64,000 nucleotides of DNA from the NCBI GenBank assembly GCA_041641305.1, contig JBEPYN010000001.1, positions 736,001 to 800,000 on the forward strand. The letters run 5' to 3'. The position numbers and the translations under genes were made by a program. The DNA comes from Nitrososphaerota archaeon. GTDB lineage: Archaea > Thermoproteota > Nitrososphaeria_A > Caldarchaeales > Caldarchaeaceae. Every line of letters starts with the position of its first letter. Position 1 is the stretch's first letter. Under the pieces are notes generated by a model. The model was given only the letters and a program-made list of their open reading frames with translations. It searched no databases and was not told the DNA's origin. Below, in pieces: positions 39,637 through 49,410 of the stretch.

Positions 39637-40689
39637 ATGAAAACCTACAGAGTAGCGATACTCGGGGCCACGGGAATGGTTGGGCAGCACTACATCAAGA
39701 TGCTGCACCGCCACCCATGGTTTAGGATAACGGCTTTGACTGGGAAGGAATCGGTGGGGAAAAAATATGTTGAGGCTGTTAGGGGGGAGGCGCCTGAGCC
39801 TCCTAGGGAGATTGCGGAGATGGAGGTTTTGCCCACGGACCCGAAGAAGGTTGACGCCGACTTTGTCTTCAGCTGTCTGCCCACAGAGGCCGCGAGAGAG
39901 GCTGAGCCACGTTTCGCTGAAGCAGGGTTCCCCGTCTTCAGCGACGCGGCAGCCTATCGAATGGAGGAGGATGTTCCCCTGATAGTTCCGGAAATCAACC
40001 CCGACCACCTCAACATAGTTCACACCCAGAAGAAAAAACGTGGCTGGGACGGCTACATCGTGACCACACCTAACTGCACAACGGTCGGGTTGGTGCTTCC
40101 GCTCCAGCCGCTGAAGCAAAGCCTCGGCATCAGGAGAGTGATTGTCACAACTATGCAGGCTGTTTCGGGAGCCGGCTACCCAGGCGTCGCATCCCTCTCC
40201 ATACTGGGAAACGTCATCCCCTACATCTCCGGGGAGGAGCGTAAAGTCGAGACAGAGACGGCGAAGATTCTCGGCCGCCTCGGCGACGGCCGCTTTATGC
40301 ACGACAGCGTCGAAGTCCACGCCACATGCACACGTGTACCCACAATCGATGGACACATGGAGTCAATTTATGTCGAGACGGAGAAGCCCGCCGACGAGGA
40401 AACGGTGGCAGAATTGTTGGCTGAGTATGTTTCTCTTCCGCAGGAGCTTAACCTTCCTACCGCGCCTGCGCGGCCCGTCGTGGTGCGGAGAGAGCCTGAC
40501 AGGCCTCAGCCGAGGATTGATGTGGATGCTGGCACGGTTCCGGGCATGAGTGTTTCTGTTGGGAGAATTCGTGTGAACGGTGAGAAGGTGAGGTTCATTT
40601 CGCTGAGCCACAACCTTATCCGCGGCGCCGCGGGTGGCACGATTTTGACGGCTGAGCTGGCTCGTCACATGGGTTTGCTGGGTGAATAG
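39637..40689 (+). CDS. asd: Aspartate-semialdehyde dehydrogenase
   Basis: GATGMVG, PNCTT, QAVSGAG, CTRVP, HNLIRGAAG. Confidence 0.95.
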   Translation: MKTYRVAILGATGMVGQHYIKMLHRHPWFRITALTGKESVGKKYVEAVRGEAPEPPREIAEMEVLPTDPKKVDADFVFSCLPTEAAREAEPRFAEAGFPVFSDAAAYRMEEDVPLIVPEINPDHLNIVHTQKKKRGWDGYIVTTPNCTTVGLVLPLQPLKQSLGIRRVIVTTMQAVSGAGYPGVASLSILGNVIPYISGEERKVETETAKILGRLGDGRFMHDSVEVHATCTRVPTIDGHMESIYVETEKPADEETVAELLAEYVSLPQELNLPTAPARPVVVRREPDRPQPRIDVDAGTVPGMSVSVGRIRVNGEKVRFISLSHNLIRGAAGGTILTAELARHMGLLGE

Positions 40690-41482
40690 CTGCATGGTGT
40701 TCGGCAAGCAGGCCCGGTTGAGCAGATTGTTGGAGAACGGGCGAATGCTCTGCATACCCCTCGACCATGGAACATCCCTGGGCCCCGTCAAAGGCCTCGA
40801 AAACATCGAGGACCTCATCTACAGGCTTGAATCAGCCGGCGTGACAGCGGTTCTTGCACATAAGGGAGTTTTCCGCTCCCTCAAAAGACCTCTGAAAACC
40901 GGGGCCATCATGCACATGTCGGCCAGTACCCAGCTCAGCACACACTACAACAGAAAGATATTGGTCGCGTCCGTTGAGGAGGCGTTACGCCTCGGCGTCG
41001 ACGCGGTCTCGGTTCACATAAACATAGGCGGTGTGGATGATGACATTATGCTCGAGCAGCTGGGCCTTGTTGCCGACGCGTGCGATGAGTGGCAACTCCC
41101 CCTCATAGCGATGATGTATCCACGTGGTGAAAACATCAAAAACCCAAGCGACCCAGAGGTCATAAGCCACGTCTCAAGAGTTGGCGCCGAGCTTGGGGCA
41201 GACATAGTCAAGACACCGATGCCGTCAGCCAACATTCAGGAGATTGAGCTTGTTACGAAGAGATGCCCGGTGCCCGTAGTCGCCGCGGGTGGGCCGAAAA
41301 TGGAGAGGGATGAGGATGTGCTTCGGCTCGCCTATGCTTCGGTGGCGGGGGGATGCATAGGCATAACCTTCGGGAGAAACGTTTTCCAGCACAAGTCGCC
41401 GGAGAGCATAGTCAAGGCTTTGCGCCGCATAGTCATCGAAGGCCTCAGTGTAGAAGAGGCCTTGCCGGTTCTCACACCATGA
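40682..41482 (+). CDS. 2-amino-3,7-dideoxy-D-threo-hept-6-ulosonate synthase (AroA')
   Basis: Class I aldolase with PLDHG, AMMYPRG, AELGADIVKT, GRNVFQ; sits between asd and DHQ synthase II. Confidence 0.88.
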   Translation: MNSCMVFGKQARLSRLLENGRMLCIPLDHGTSLGPVKGLENIEDLIYRLESAGVTAVLAHKGVFRSLKRPLKTGAIMHMSASTQLSTHYNRKILVASVEEALRLGVDAVSVHINIGGVDDDIMLEQLGLVADACDEWQLPLIAMMYPRGENIKNPSDPEVISHVSRVGAELGADIVKTPMPSANIQEIELVTKRCPVPVVAAGGPKMERDEDVLRLAYASVAGGCIGITFGRNVFQHKSPESIVKALRRIVIEGLSVEEALPVLTP

Positions 41483-42480
41483 AAAAAGTAGTTGTCAACG
41501 TAGAGGGCGGAGACGAGATTTTCAGAAAAGCCCTCGCACAAGGTGTTCAGAGCTTTTTGTCGCATTCGCCGCTGCAGGGCGTGGAAACCTACGTTCCCAC
41601 ACAAGACGGCTACATTAGACATGGTGAAAAGAAGGCGACGGTTCCACGTGTGGTCATCAGGTCTCCGAGGGATTTGGAGCGTGTGGCGGAGCTGGCGCGG
41701 TCCGGCGCCGACGAGGTTGTAATCGCCACGGGTGACTGGAAAATCATCCCCGTAGAGAACCTTCTCGCGATGCTCGAGGGCACGGGCTGCAGGGTTTTGG
41801 CAGAGGTCTCCAACGTCTCCGAAGCCGAGCTCTTCATCAACATCCTCGAAAAAGGTGTTGACGGCGTCATCGCAAAGCCCGCCAACGAGCAGGAGCTTCG
41901 GATACTACTTGAGCTGGTGAAGAAGCCCGCGGAGCTGCAGCTTGTTGAAGCAGTTGTGGAGGAGGTGCGGCCGGTCGGGGTGGGTGACAGGGCGTGCGTC
42001 GACACGGTGACGATGATGGAGCTGGGTGAGGGTATGCTTGTCGGCAGCAAAGCCTCCATGTTCTTCCTCATACACAACGAGGCTGTTGGCTCAAGCTTCA
42101 CAAGCCCAAGGCCTTTCAGAGTAAACGCCGGCGCAGTCCACAGCTATGTCCTCATGCCCGACGGAAACACAAAATATCTCTCAGAACTCGAGGCAGGTGA
42201 CCGTGTTCTCATCGTCTCAAGAACAGGCCGTACAAGGATAGCGTCGATCGGCCGCGTAAAGATTGAGAGAAGGCCTCTTCGCCTCGTCAAAGCACGATAC
42301 AACGACTCGGTGGGCGTGGTCACGGTCCAAGACGCTGAGACAATCCGCTTCATCACATCCGGCGGCGAACTCATACCCGTGACAGAGCTAAAGAAAAACG
42401 ACAAAATCCTCTGCCACGTCTCCCAAACACGTGGACGACATTTTGGAATGGCTGTCGAGGAGACTGTTGTGGAGAAATGA
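41479..42480 (+). CDS. 3-dehydroquinate synthase II (AroB')
   Basis: DWKIIPVENL, GDRACVDT, RPFRVNAG, GRVKIERRP, QDAETIR, GRHFG. Confidence 0.94.
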   Translation: MKKVVVNVEGGDEIFRKALAQGVQSFLSHSPLQGVETYVPTQDGYIRHGEKKATVPRVVIRSPRDLERVAELARSGADEVVIATGDWKIIPVENLLAMLEGTGCRVLAEVSNVSEAELFINILEKGVDGVIAKPANEQELRILLELVKKPAELQLVEAVVEEVRPVGVGDRACVDTVTMMELGEGMLVGSKASMFFLIHNEAVGSSFTSPRPFRVNAGAVHSYVLMPDGNTKYLSELEAGDRVLIVSRTGRTRIASIGRVKIERRPLRLVKARYNDSVGVVTVQDAETIRFITSGGELIPVTELKKNDKILCHVSQTRGRHFGMAVEETVVEK

Positions 42481-43169
42481 GCAAAACAAAGGTCTGTGTC
42501 TCCGTCTACGGCGAGAGCGAGGAAAATCTCGCGGAGAATATTCGCCGCGGGTTTGAGAGGGGGGCGGACCTTGCAGAAGTGCGTCTCGACCTCTCAAGCT
42601 ACAGTAGTGTGGAGAGCCTCGCCGAAAAGCTGCGGCCTTTCGCCGATAGGCTTGTGCTAACCCTGAGGCCCGTGGATGAAGGCGGCAGATCCTCTCTCCC
42701 GGTTGAGGAACGTGTCAAGCTTCTCAGACGCCTTATGGATGTTGGGCCCGCGTATGTTGACCTTGAGCTGTCGACGTTGAAGCAGCATCCAGCAGACGAC
42801 TTCCGCGGATCAGGCGTTAAGGTGATAGCTTCTTGGCACAACTTTGAGACAACCCCTGACGATGATTCGCTCACCTATGTGTGCGAAGAATGTCTAAACC
42901 ATGGAGACATAGCAAAGGTAGTGACATTATCCAGGGGAGCCGGCGACAACATCCGCGTCATCGGCCTCTACACCAAGTATCCCTCAAGCCGTCTAATCGC
43001 CTTCTGCATGGGTGAAGAAGGATGGATAACCCGTATTCTCTCGATGGCGGCGGGGGCTCCGATAGCCTATGCCGCGCTCGGCGAAGCAAAGACCGCGCCG
43101 GGGCAGCTGACCCTAGAAGAGATGCTTGAGGCACGTGCAAACATCTGCGGAGGAGGAGGCGGAAGCTGA
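42477..43169 (+). CDS. aroD: Type I 3-dehydroquinate dehydratase
   Basis: EVRLD, LTLRPVDEGG, SWHNFETTP, AFCMG, APGQ. Confidence 0.93.
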   Translation: MSKTKVCVSVYGESEENLAENIRRGFERGADLAEVRLDLSSYSSVESLAEKLRPFADRLVLTLRPVDEGGRSSLPVEERVKLLRRLMDVGPAYVDLELSTLKQHPADDFRGSGVKVIASWHNFETTPDDDSLTYVCEECLNHGDIAKVVTLSRGAGDNIRVIGLYTKYPSSRLIAFCMGEEGWITRILSMAAGAPIAYAALGEAKTAPGQLTLEEMLEARANICGGGGGS

Positions 43170-44008
43170 GAGCAGGTCTCCTGGGCGTTGTAGGACACCC
43201 CATCGGCCACAGCGTTTCGCCGGCGATGATTAACGCTGCTCTCCAGAAACAGGGCATCGAAAACATCCTCTACATAGCCCTAGATGTGCATCCCCGCGAC
43301 CTCCGCGGCTTCGTCTCCTCCGCCCATCTCATGAACTTCATAGGCTTCAACGTCACCATTCCACACAAGGTATCCATCATCAGGCATCTCGACCGGCTGG
43401 ACAAGTCTGCGGAGCTTGTCGAGGCTGTGAACGTGGTGAAGGTTATGGATGAGAGGCGGATGGGCTATAACACGGATGTTGCGGGTGTGTTGGCCTGTGT
43501 TCCCGAGCCCGCGAACGGTAAAGCGGTTGTGCTCGGCGTAGGAGGCGCCGCGAGAGCCGCTGCCGTTGCATTAAGCCGTAAAGGATACGATGAACTTGTT
43601 TTCGCGGGCCGGAGAAAATCCACCATGGATGAGTTTCTAAGGTTTGCGCGGAGGAAGGGTTTACCGGCAAAAATTGTGAAACTCGGGTCCAAGCAGTTTG
43701 TTGAAGCGGTTGAGGAGGCTGAGCTGCTTGTCAACGCCACACCCGTCGGCATGGCGCCAAAAACCAACGCGTCACCCGTCCCAGCCACGCTGCTGCACAA
43801 AGGGTTGACGGTCTTCGACATGGTTTACAACCCTGTTGAAACAAAGCTCCTCAAGATGGCACGGGCCCGTGGAGCAAAAACCATCGGCGGCTTAGACATG
43901 CTTGTGAAACAGGGAGCAGAAGCCCTCAGGATATGGCTCGGCATAGAAGCTGACACAAAAACCATGAAGAAAGCGGCGCTCAGAGCTCTGCAGAGGCGGA
44001 AAAGTTGA
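43166..44008 (+). CDS. aroE: Shikimate dehydrogenase (probable CTG start)
   Basis: Conserved LLGVVGHPIGHSVSPAM lies upstream of the first ATG (43226); NVTIPHK, GYNTD, GVGGAARA, NATPVGM, DMVYNP. Confidence 0.93.
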   Translation: MRAGLLGVVGHPIGHSVSPAMINAALQKQGIENILYIALDVHPRDLRGFVSSAHLMNFIGFNVTIPHKVSIIRHLDRLDKSAELVEAVNVVKVMDERRMGYNTDVAGVLACVPEPANGKAVVLGVGGAARAAAVALSRKGYDELVFAGRRKSTMDEFLRFARRKGLPAKIVKLGSKQFVEAVEEAELLVNATPVGMAPKTNASPVPATLLHKGLTVFDMVYNPVETKLLKMARARGAKTIGGLDMLVKQGAEALRIWLGIEADTKTMKKAALRALQRRKS

Positions 44009-44868
44009 AGGGCAGGGGAAGAGCCGGCGGAGCGGTCTCAATCGTCAACGCCATCTCAACAGGCTTCGGCGCAGCCATCGGCATAAACCTTGAGACAGAA
44101 GCCGAGATCGAAACAACCGATAAACCACAGATAACGCTCAGCATAAACGGTGAGGAGGCAGACCACGTGCTCGCAAAGGCTGTCGTCAAAGTTTTTTCAC
44201 AGGCCCTCGGCGTCGAAATATACGGCGCAGAGATACGCACCCACTCGAACATACCTGTGGCAGTTGGTTTGAAGAGCTCCAGCTCAGCGGCCGTTGCGAT
44301 TGCAAACGCTTTTCTCGACGCTGTGGGGAAAAAGATGTCGGCGGAGGAGCTTCTGCGAAACGTTGCGGAGGCATCTGTTTTGTCGGGGACATCGGTGACA
44401 GGTGCGTTGGACGATGCTGCTGCCTGCTTGCTCGGAGGCATAGTAGCCACAGACAACTATGGCAGAAAAATTCTCAAACACGTTCTGGTTGAAGAGAGGC
44501 TTTTCGCCGTCATCTATGTCCCGCCGGGAAAAACCTACACATCAAGCTTCAGAAAAGAGCTGCTCACACCCATCAGAAACATAGCGGCCACAGCCTTCAA
44601 CCTCGTCCTCGAGGGCAAATACTGGGAAGCGATGACCATAAACGGGCTCGCGCACTCGGCGGCACTCGGCCATCCCACACAGCCTGCGATAGATGCGTTG
44701 AGGGCTGGGGCTTATGCTGCTGGGCTGTCGGGAACGGGGCCGGCGGTGGCGGCGATTGTTTCCGAGGAGAGGGTTGAAGAAGTCGCGGATGCCTTCTCAG
44801 CCTACGAGGGAGAGATAATTAAAGCATCGGTGAACAGGGGAAGGATGGTTGACGTCTGTCCATGTTGA
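44005..44868 (+). CDS. aroK: Archaeal shikimate kinase (GHMP family)
   Basis: AVSIVNAI, GLKSSSSAA, VTGALDDA, GLSGTGP. Confidence 0.94.
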   Translation: MKGRGRAGGAVSIVNAISTGFGAAIGINLETEAEIETTDKPQITLSINGEEADHVLAKAVVKVFSQALGVEIYGAEIRTHSNIPVAVGLKSSSSAAVAIANAFLDAVGKKMSAEELLRNVAEASVLSGTSVTGALDDAAACLLGGIVATDNYGRKILKHVLVEERLFAVIYVPPGKTYTSSFRKELLTPIRNIAATAFNLVLEGKYWEAMTINGLAHSAALGHPTQPAIDALRAGAYAAGLSGTGPAVAAIVSEERVEEVADAFSAYEGEIIKASVNRGRMVDVCPC

Positions 44869-46138
44869 GCCTTCGAGGCTCACGGGAGTAGTCGAGGCTC
44901 CGCCGAGCAAAAGCTACACACACCGCGTCTTCAGCCTCGCATCCCTCTGCACAGAACAAACCATAATCCACAACCCGCTCATCTCCCGCGACACACAAGC
45001 AACCATAAACGCGGCAAAAATGCTCGGCGCAGAAATCCTCGAAAAACATGGTGTCTACAAGGTCGTGGGACGCAGACGCTTCAAGACACCCGACAACATC
45101 ATCGACGTTATGAACTCGGGGACCACCCTCCGCATATACACGGGCCTCGCAACCCTCGTAGAGAAAGGCTACACAGTCTTGACAGGTGACGAAAGCATAC
45201 GTAGAAGACCGATGGCTCAGCTGCTGGAAGCGCTGCATCAGATCGGTGCAGAATGCTGGTCGACACGGGAAAACGGGGCAGCGCCCGTCATAGTCAAGGG
45301 CGGAAACAGGATAATGGGCACGGCTAAGATCAAGGGCGACCAATCATCCCAATACGTCACCTCACTCCTTCTCACAGGCCTCGCAGCACACGGCGACATC
45401 GAGATCAAGGTGATGGAGGAGCTTGTCTCCAAACCATATGTCGACGCCACAGTTAAGATGGTTGAGCTCTTCGGCGGCGAAATACGTCGCAGAGGCTATG
45501 AGTGGTTCAGGGTTTCTCCGCAGGAGCTGCATAGCGTCGAGTTCACCGTCCCAGGCGACTTTAGCTCAGCGGCCTTCATAGCCGCAGCCGCGCACCTGAC
45601 CCAAGGACGCGTAACCATCAAAAACCTCTCGAAACACTATCCACAGGCCGATGAAAAAATCGTCGAAATAATCAAGCTATACGGCTCTGAGACAACATAT
45701 ACTCCGGATGGGCTTGTGGTGGAGGGTGGCAGGAACCATGCTGATGCGGAGGTTGTGTTGAGAGATGCGCCTGACCTTTTGCCTGTCACGGCTGTTATCG
45801 CCGCCGTAAACGATGGCCAAACACGGATACACGGGGTCGCCCATGCACGGTTGAAGGAGAGCGACAGGATTGCGTTGACGGCGGCTGAGCTGCGGAAGCT
45901 GGGTGTGAAGGTTGAGGAGTTGGTTGACGGGCTTCTTATCCACGGCAATCCACGCATCAAGGGGGGCGTCGCGGTCGACGGCCATGGCGACCATAGACTG
46001 TTCATGGCTTTCACAGTCCTAGGCCTCGCCCTCGAAAAAGGCCTCATCGTCAAAGACGCCGAATCAGCCGATGTCTCCTACCCATCGTTCTTAACGGACC
46101 TCACAAAACTCGGGGCAAGGATAAAGAAGACCGAGTAA
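44849..46138 (+). CDS. aroA: EPSP synthase
   Basis: PPSKSYTHR, NSGTTLR, SSQY, PGDFSSA, RLKESDR, DHR. Confidence 0.96.
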   Translation: MTSVHVEPSRLTGVVEAPPSKSYTHRVFSLASLCTEQTIIHNPLISRDTQATINAAKMLGAEILEKHGVYKVVGRRRFKTPDNIIDVMNSGTTLRIYTGLATLVEKGYTVLTGDESIRRRPMAQLLEALHQIGAECWSTRENGAAPVIVKGGNRIMGTAKIKGDQSSQYVTSLLLTGLAAHGDIEIKVMEELVSKPYVDATVKMVELFGGEIRRRGYEWFRVSPQELHSVEFTVPGDFSSAAFIAAAAHLTQGRVTIKNLSKHYPQADEKIVEIIKLYGSETTYTPDGLVVEGGRNHADAEVVLRDAPDLLPVTAVIAAVNDGQTRIHGVAHARLKESDRIALTAAELRKLGVKVEELVDGLLIHGNPRIKGGVAVDGHGDHRLFMAFTVLGLALEKGLIVKDAESADVSYPSFLTDLTKLGARIKKTE

Positions 46139-46153
46139 GCTGTAGATAGAGGG

Positions 46154-46390
46154 GTGGTTATGCGGTTCAGGCTCTCGAGACAGACCCGGTTCATGCTCGA
46201 GTCGCTCGCACTCGCAATCCTCTACACAGCCCTCCCCATCCTGCTACTCATCATACTCCAAACCCTCCGAAGCCTAACACCACCGAACATCATCCTTTGG
46301 CTCCTCTTCACACTCGGCTGGACAGCCCTAATCACCTACATCTATGTAAAGAAAATCTCGAAACGAGGAGGTCTGACGTTTCGGGGATAA
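46154..46390 (+). CDS. Small two-TM membrane protein
   Basis: Two hydrophobic helices with basic ends. Confidence 0.6.
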   Translation: MVMRFRLSRQTRFMLESLALAILYTALPILLLIILQTLRSLTPPNIILWLLFTLGWTALITYIYVKKISKRGGLTFRG

Positions 46391-46423
46391 GCTTTTTTCC
46401 AGCCATGCATCACTCAAACGTGC

Positions 46424-46906
46424 ATGAGGCCTACTTTCGCGGTGAGTTTTGAGAGCAGGCTTCAACGAGACAAAATGGCTTTCTTGCTTAAGCTGGAGCT
46501 TCTCGTCATCTCGGCTGCAGTGTTGTTTGTGCTTTTCCTCACCAACCAGAGCCCGTGGCTGAGGCTGTTGTTCACCGTGTTCACCTGTGTGGCGCTGCTC
46601 GTTGTTCTCAGGGACCGTTTGGAGAGAGCTGGGCGGAAGCTCCGCCGCGCCGTAGTCCGCTCCGTTAAGAGCCGAGGCGGAGAATGGTTCTTCTTCCTGC
46701 CCATGGGCTCACCCTTCTCCTTTAACGTAGAAGGCTACGAGGTCGTCGCCATCTCAGAAGATCTCAGAGTCGTACGGTTCATGGACTGGAGGCCATGGAA
46801 AATAGGGCAGCAGATTCTCATCCTCTCCGACATACGTGGCCGGGTTCTGGCGGTGCGTGACATCCGGAAGCCTGTCAAGCTCGAGCTGGTTAAGCGGCTG
46901 GCCTGA
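46424..46906 (+). CDS. Hypothetical membrane protein
   Basis: Two TM helices followed by a beta-rich soluble domain. Confidence 0.6.
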   Translation: MRPTFAVSFESRLQRDKMAFLLKLELLVISAAVLFVLFLTNQSPWLRLLFTVFTCVALLVVLRDRLERAGRKLRRAVVRSVKSRGGEWFFFLPMGSPFSFNVEGYEVVAISEDLRVVRFMDWRPWKIGQQILILSDIRGRVLAVRDIRKPVKLELVKRLA

Positions 46907-46967
46907 TCTGGTGTCTATGTAGGCTATATAGGTAAAGCCTTTCAACCAGTAAACTATGTAGAACCCC

Positions 46968-47708
46968 ATGCCGCAGAAAACATCCACCCTCGAGCTGGTG
47001 CTCATAGCCGCCAACGCAGCACTCTACGCAGGAGTAGGCTACCTAACCTTTCTAGGCATCTTCGCACCGGTTGTGGGAACGGTCAGGTTCTGGCCCGCCG
47101 TGGTCATCCCAGCGGTCTTCGCCGTCCTATACTCGCCGAAAATAGGTGCCCTGGGCGCGGGCATCGGAATATTCATCAGCGACATGCTGATACACGGTGA
47201 TCCTCTTCTCAGCATATCGGTGGGCGTAACATCCAACGTGGCAGGGTTCTACATACTGGGGATCTTAGCCCGCAGGCTCTCATCCAGCGAGAAGGTTTCT
47301 GTGCTTCCGGTGTTGCTGCAGGCGGCGCCTCTTGCGGCTGCTTTGGCCGGTTCCTGGGCGGATATCTTCGGTGGCTGGGAGACGGCAGTCGTCTTTATCG
47401 GCGCCGGTGTGTTATCCCTTGTGATAAGCGTAGCTTACAGCTTTTACAGGCCTCGGTATGCTGGGCTTGTGGCCGCGTCGTCGACTGGACTTTTCGTGGG
47501 AGCTGCGATGATTGGGCTGGGTGTGTGGCTCTACAGCCAGTTCTTCTCGCTGCCCGCCGCCGCTGGTGGTGGACATGGGCTTCCGCTCTACGCCGCCGCC
47601 ATATGGTTTCTCTGGACATACTTGACCGAGATACCGTTTCTGATGATATTGCTGCCGCCGCTCGTGGCCGCTGTCAAGAAAGCTGTTCCATCGATCGCCC
47701 GTGAATAA
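46968..47708 (+). CDS. ECF-type S-component-like membrane protein
   Basis: AxxAALY start, VRFWPAVV, GALGAGIGIFISD; about 7-8 TM segments. Confidence 0.75.
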   Translation: MPQKTSTLELVLIAANAALYAGVGYLTFLGIFAPVVGTVRFWPAVVIPAVFAVLYSPKIGALGAGIGIFISDMLIHGDPLLSISVGVTSNVAGFYILGILARRLSSSEKVSVLPVLLQAAPLAAALAGSWADIFGGWETAVVFIGAGVLSLVISVAYSFYRPRYAGLVAASSTGLFVGAAMIGLGVWLYSQFFSLPAAAGGGHGLPLYAAAIWFLWTYLTEIPFLMILLPPLVAAVKKAVPSIARE

Positions 47709-47710
47709 CG

Positions 47711-48628
47711 TTGCTGAAAGCCGTCTTCGAGGGCCCCACACCGTTATCCAGCATCTTCTCACCCAAGGTTCTCGACGGCGACAAGGTCCGCGGCGACCCT
47801 GACACAGTGGGGGCCCTTGGCGGAGGCTTCTCCTTCTTCCCCGGCGTCAAAACCGTTGTCGAGATTAGGGAGGGTGATGGGCTGAGCATCAAGATAAACG
47901 GTGAGCCCGCGAGGTTCCCGCCCTCGGAGAAAGCCGTCGAGGTTATGCGGGAGCTGGCGGGGGTTGAGGGCCATGTCAGGATAAGCCATAGCATTCATGT
48001 GCCTATTGCGATGGGGTTTGGAACAAGCGCTGCGGCGGCCCTGGGGGTGTTGATGTCGCTCTCACGCCTCGTCGGCAGACCATTCACTCTTCGCGAAGCC
48101 CTGAAACACACTCACCGCGTCGAAGTCCTCTGCAAAACAGGGCTAAACAGCGAAGCGGGATTCGGCCACACAGGCCTCGTCCTCGTGCTGAAGGAAGGCT
48201 CACCGGACCGCACAGTCGTCGACGAAATCCCGCTCCCACCGAAAACCAAGCTAATCGCAGTCGCAGCGAAGAAAACCGAGACACCCGACGCCATCTCCTC
48301 GGTGGAGAGGCTGCGGCAACTCGAGACAATCGGTGACAGATACATGGACAAAATACTCCGCAACCCTACACCGGAAAACTTTCTCAAACAAGCCCGAGCA
48401 TTCGCATACGAGGCCGGCTTCGTCGACGACACCGTCCACCAGCTCTTCAACACATTCGACAAACTCCCCACAATAGGATACGCCCAGAACATGGTCGGCA
48501 AAGCGGTCCACGCCATCGTCTACGAAGAAGACGTCGAAAAAATCGTCGAAACACTCAAGAAAACATTTCCCAACTACCCCGTGTACGTGGGAGTGGCCGG
48601 GGCCTCCCTCCTCCTCAAAACAGAATAA
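47711..48628 (+). CDS. Pantoate kinase (PoK, GHMP family)
   Basis: GALGGGF, VPIAMGFGTSAA, HRVEVLCKTGL, AQNMVG; archaeal PoK pattern. Confidence 0.75.
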   Translation: MLKAVFEGPTPLSSIFSPKVLDGDKVRGDPDTVGALGGGFSFFPGVKTVVEIREGDGLSIKINGEPARFPPSEKAVEVMRELAGVEGHVRISHSIHVPIAMGFGTSAAAALGVLMSLSRLVGRPFTLREALKHTHRVEVLCKTGLNSEAGFGHTGLVLVLKEGSPDRTVVDEIPLPPKTKLIAVAAKKTETPDAISSVERLRQLETIGDRYMDKILRNPTPENFLKQARAFAYEAGFVDDTVHQLFNTFDKLPTIGYAQNMVGKAVHAIVYEEDVEKIVETLKKTFPNYPVYVGVAGASLLLKTE

Positions 48629-48633
48629 AACAT

Positions 48634-49410
48634 CTACTCCAGCATTTGAGCCAGCTCTCTCCACGTGATTTTTCTGAATCCCTTGATTTGGGAGGATGTG
48701 TTCGAGGTGTCGAGGAGGGTTGCAGATGATTGGGCCGCGAGTGTTTCGAGAAGTGTTTTCCCTATCTCGAGTTTGAGCTTTTTACGTCTCTGTTCCTCTA
48801 CGGTTAGGGGCCGCGGCTTCGAGTATGCTCCTATTTCGCCGTCGAAATCCATGCCCGCGACAACTATCTTCTCCACACCCAGCTCCTCGCACATGTAAAC
48901 TGCGCGGTCGCCGTCTGTAAATCCGCCGAAGTTCTCCAAACCCGTGACGGGCTCTGTCTGAGTTGTGCCGAGAACCCTGCCACGCATCAGTGGAACCAGC
49001 TTCTCTACCTTCTCCATGTTGTCACCATGTGCATGAACAACCATTAAGCAGCCTTTCTCCGCGGCCCTCAACAGGATATCGTCTCCGCCGTCAAGATCCG
49101 TAACCACTATGTCGGGAACTATTCCACGTGCCAGGAAAAACCGGGTCGCGCCGTCCACGGCTATGATAGCCGCCGCCTCAGACTCAAACACATGGAGATA
49201 TTGTTGGAGGTCTGTTTCCAGAGAGGGACCCGCGCCGAATACCGCGGCAAACATTTTGCTGTGGAGGATGCTTGAAAGCTCTTGTCTCGATGCACCGTGG
49301 CCGCTCAACAGTTTGGAGAGAGTTTCGGCGGCGAGCCTGTCTCTTTCCTCGTCGATGCCGAGTTTTCTACATATTTCGTGATAATGTTTAAGCCATTCCG
49401 TTGTTTTCAA
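48634..49410 (-). CDS. mptE: 6-hydroxymethyl-7,8-dihydropterin pyrophosphokinase MptE-like
   Basis: GAGPSL, IVVTDLDG, VHAHGDN, NFGGFTDGDRA, GMDF. Confidence 0.88.
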   Translation of the reverse strand: MKTTEWLKHYHEICRKLGIDEERDRLAAETLSKLLSGHGASRQELSSILHSKMFAAVFGAGPSLETDLQQYLHVFESEAAAIIAVDGATRFFLARGIVPDIVVTDLDGGDDILLRAAEKGCLMVVHAHGDNMEKVEKLVPLMRGRVLGTTQTEPVTGLENFGGFTDGDRAVYMCEELGVEKIVVAGMDFDGEIGAYSKPRPLTVEEQRRKKLKLEIGKTLLETLAAQSSATLLDTSNTSSQIKGFRKITWRELAQMLE

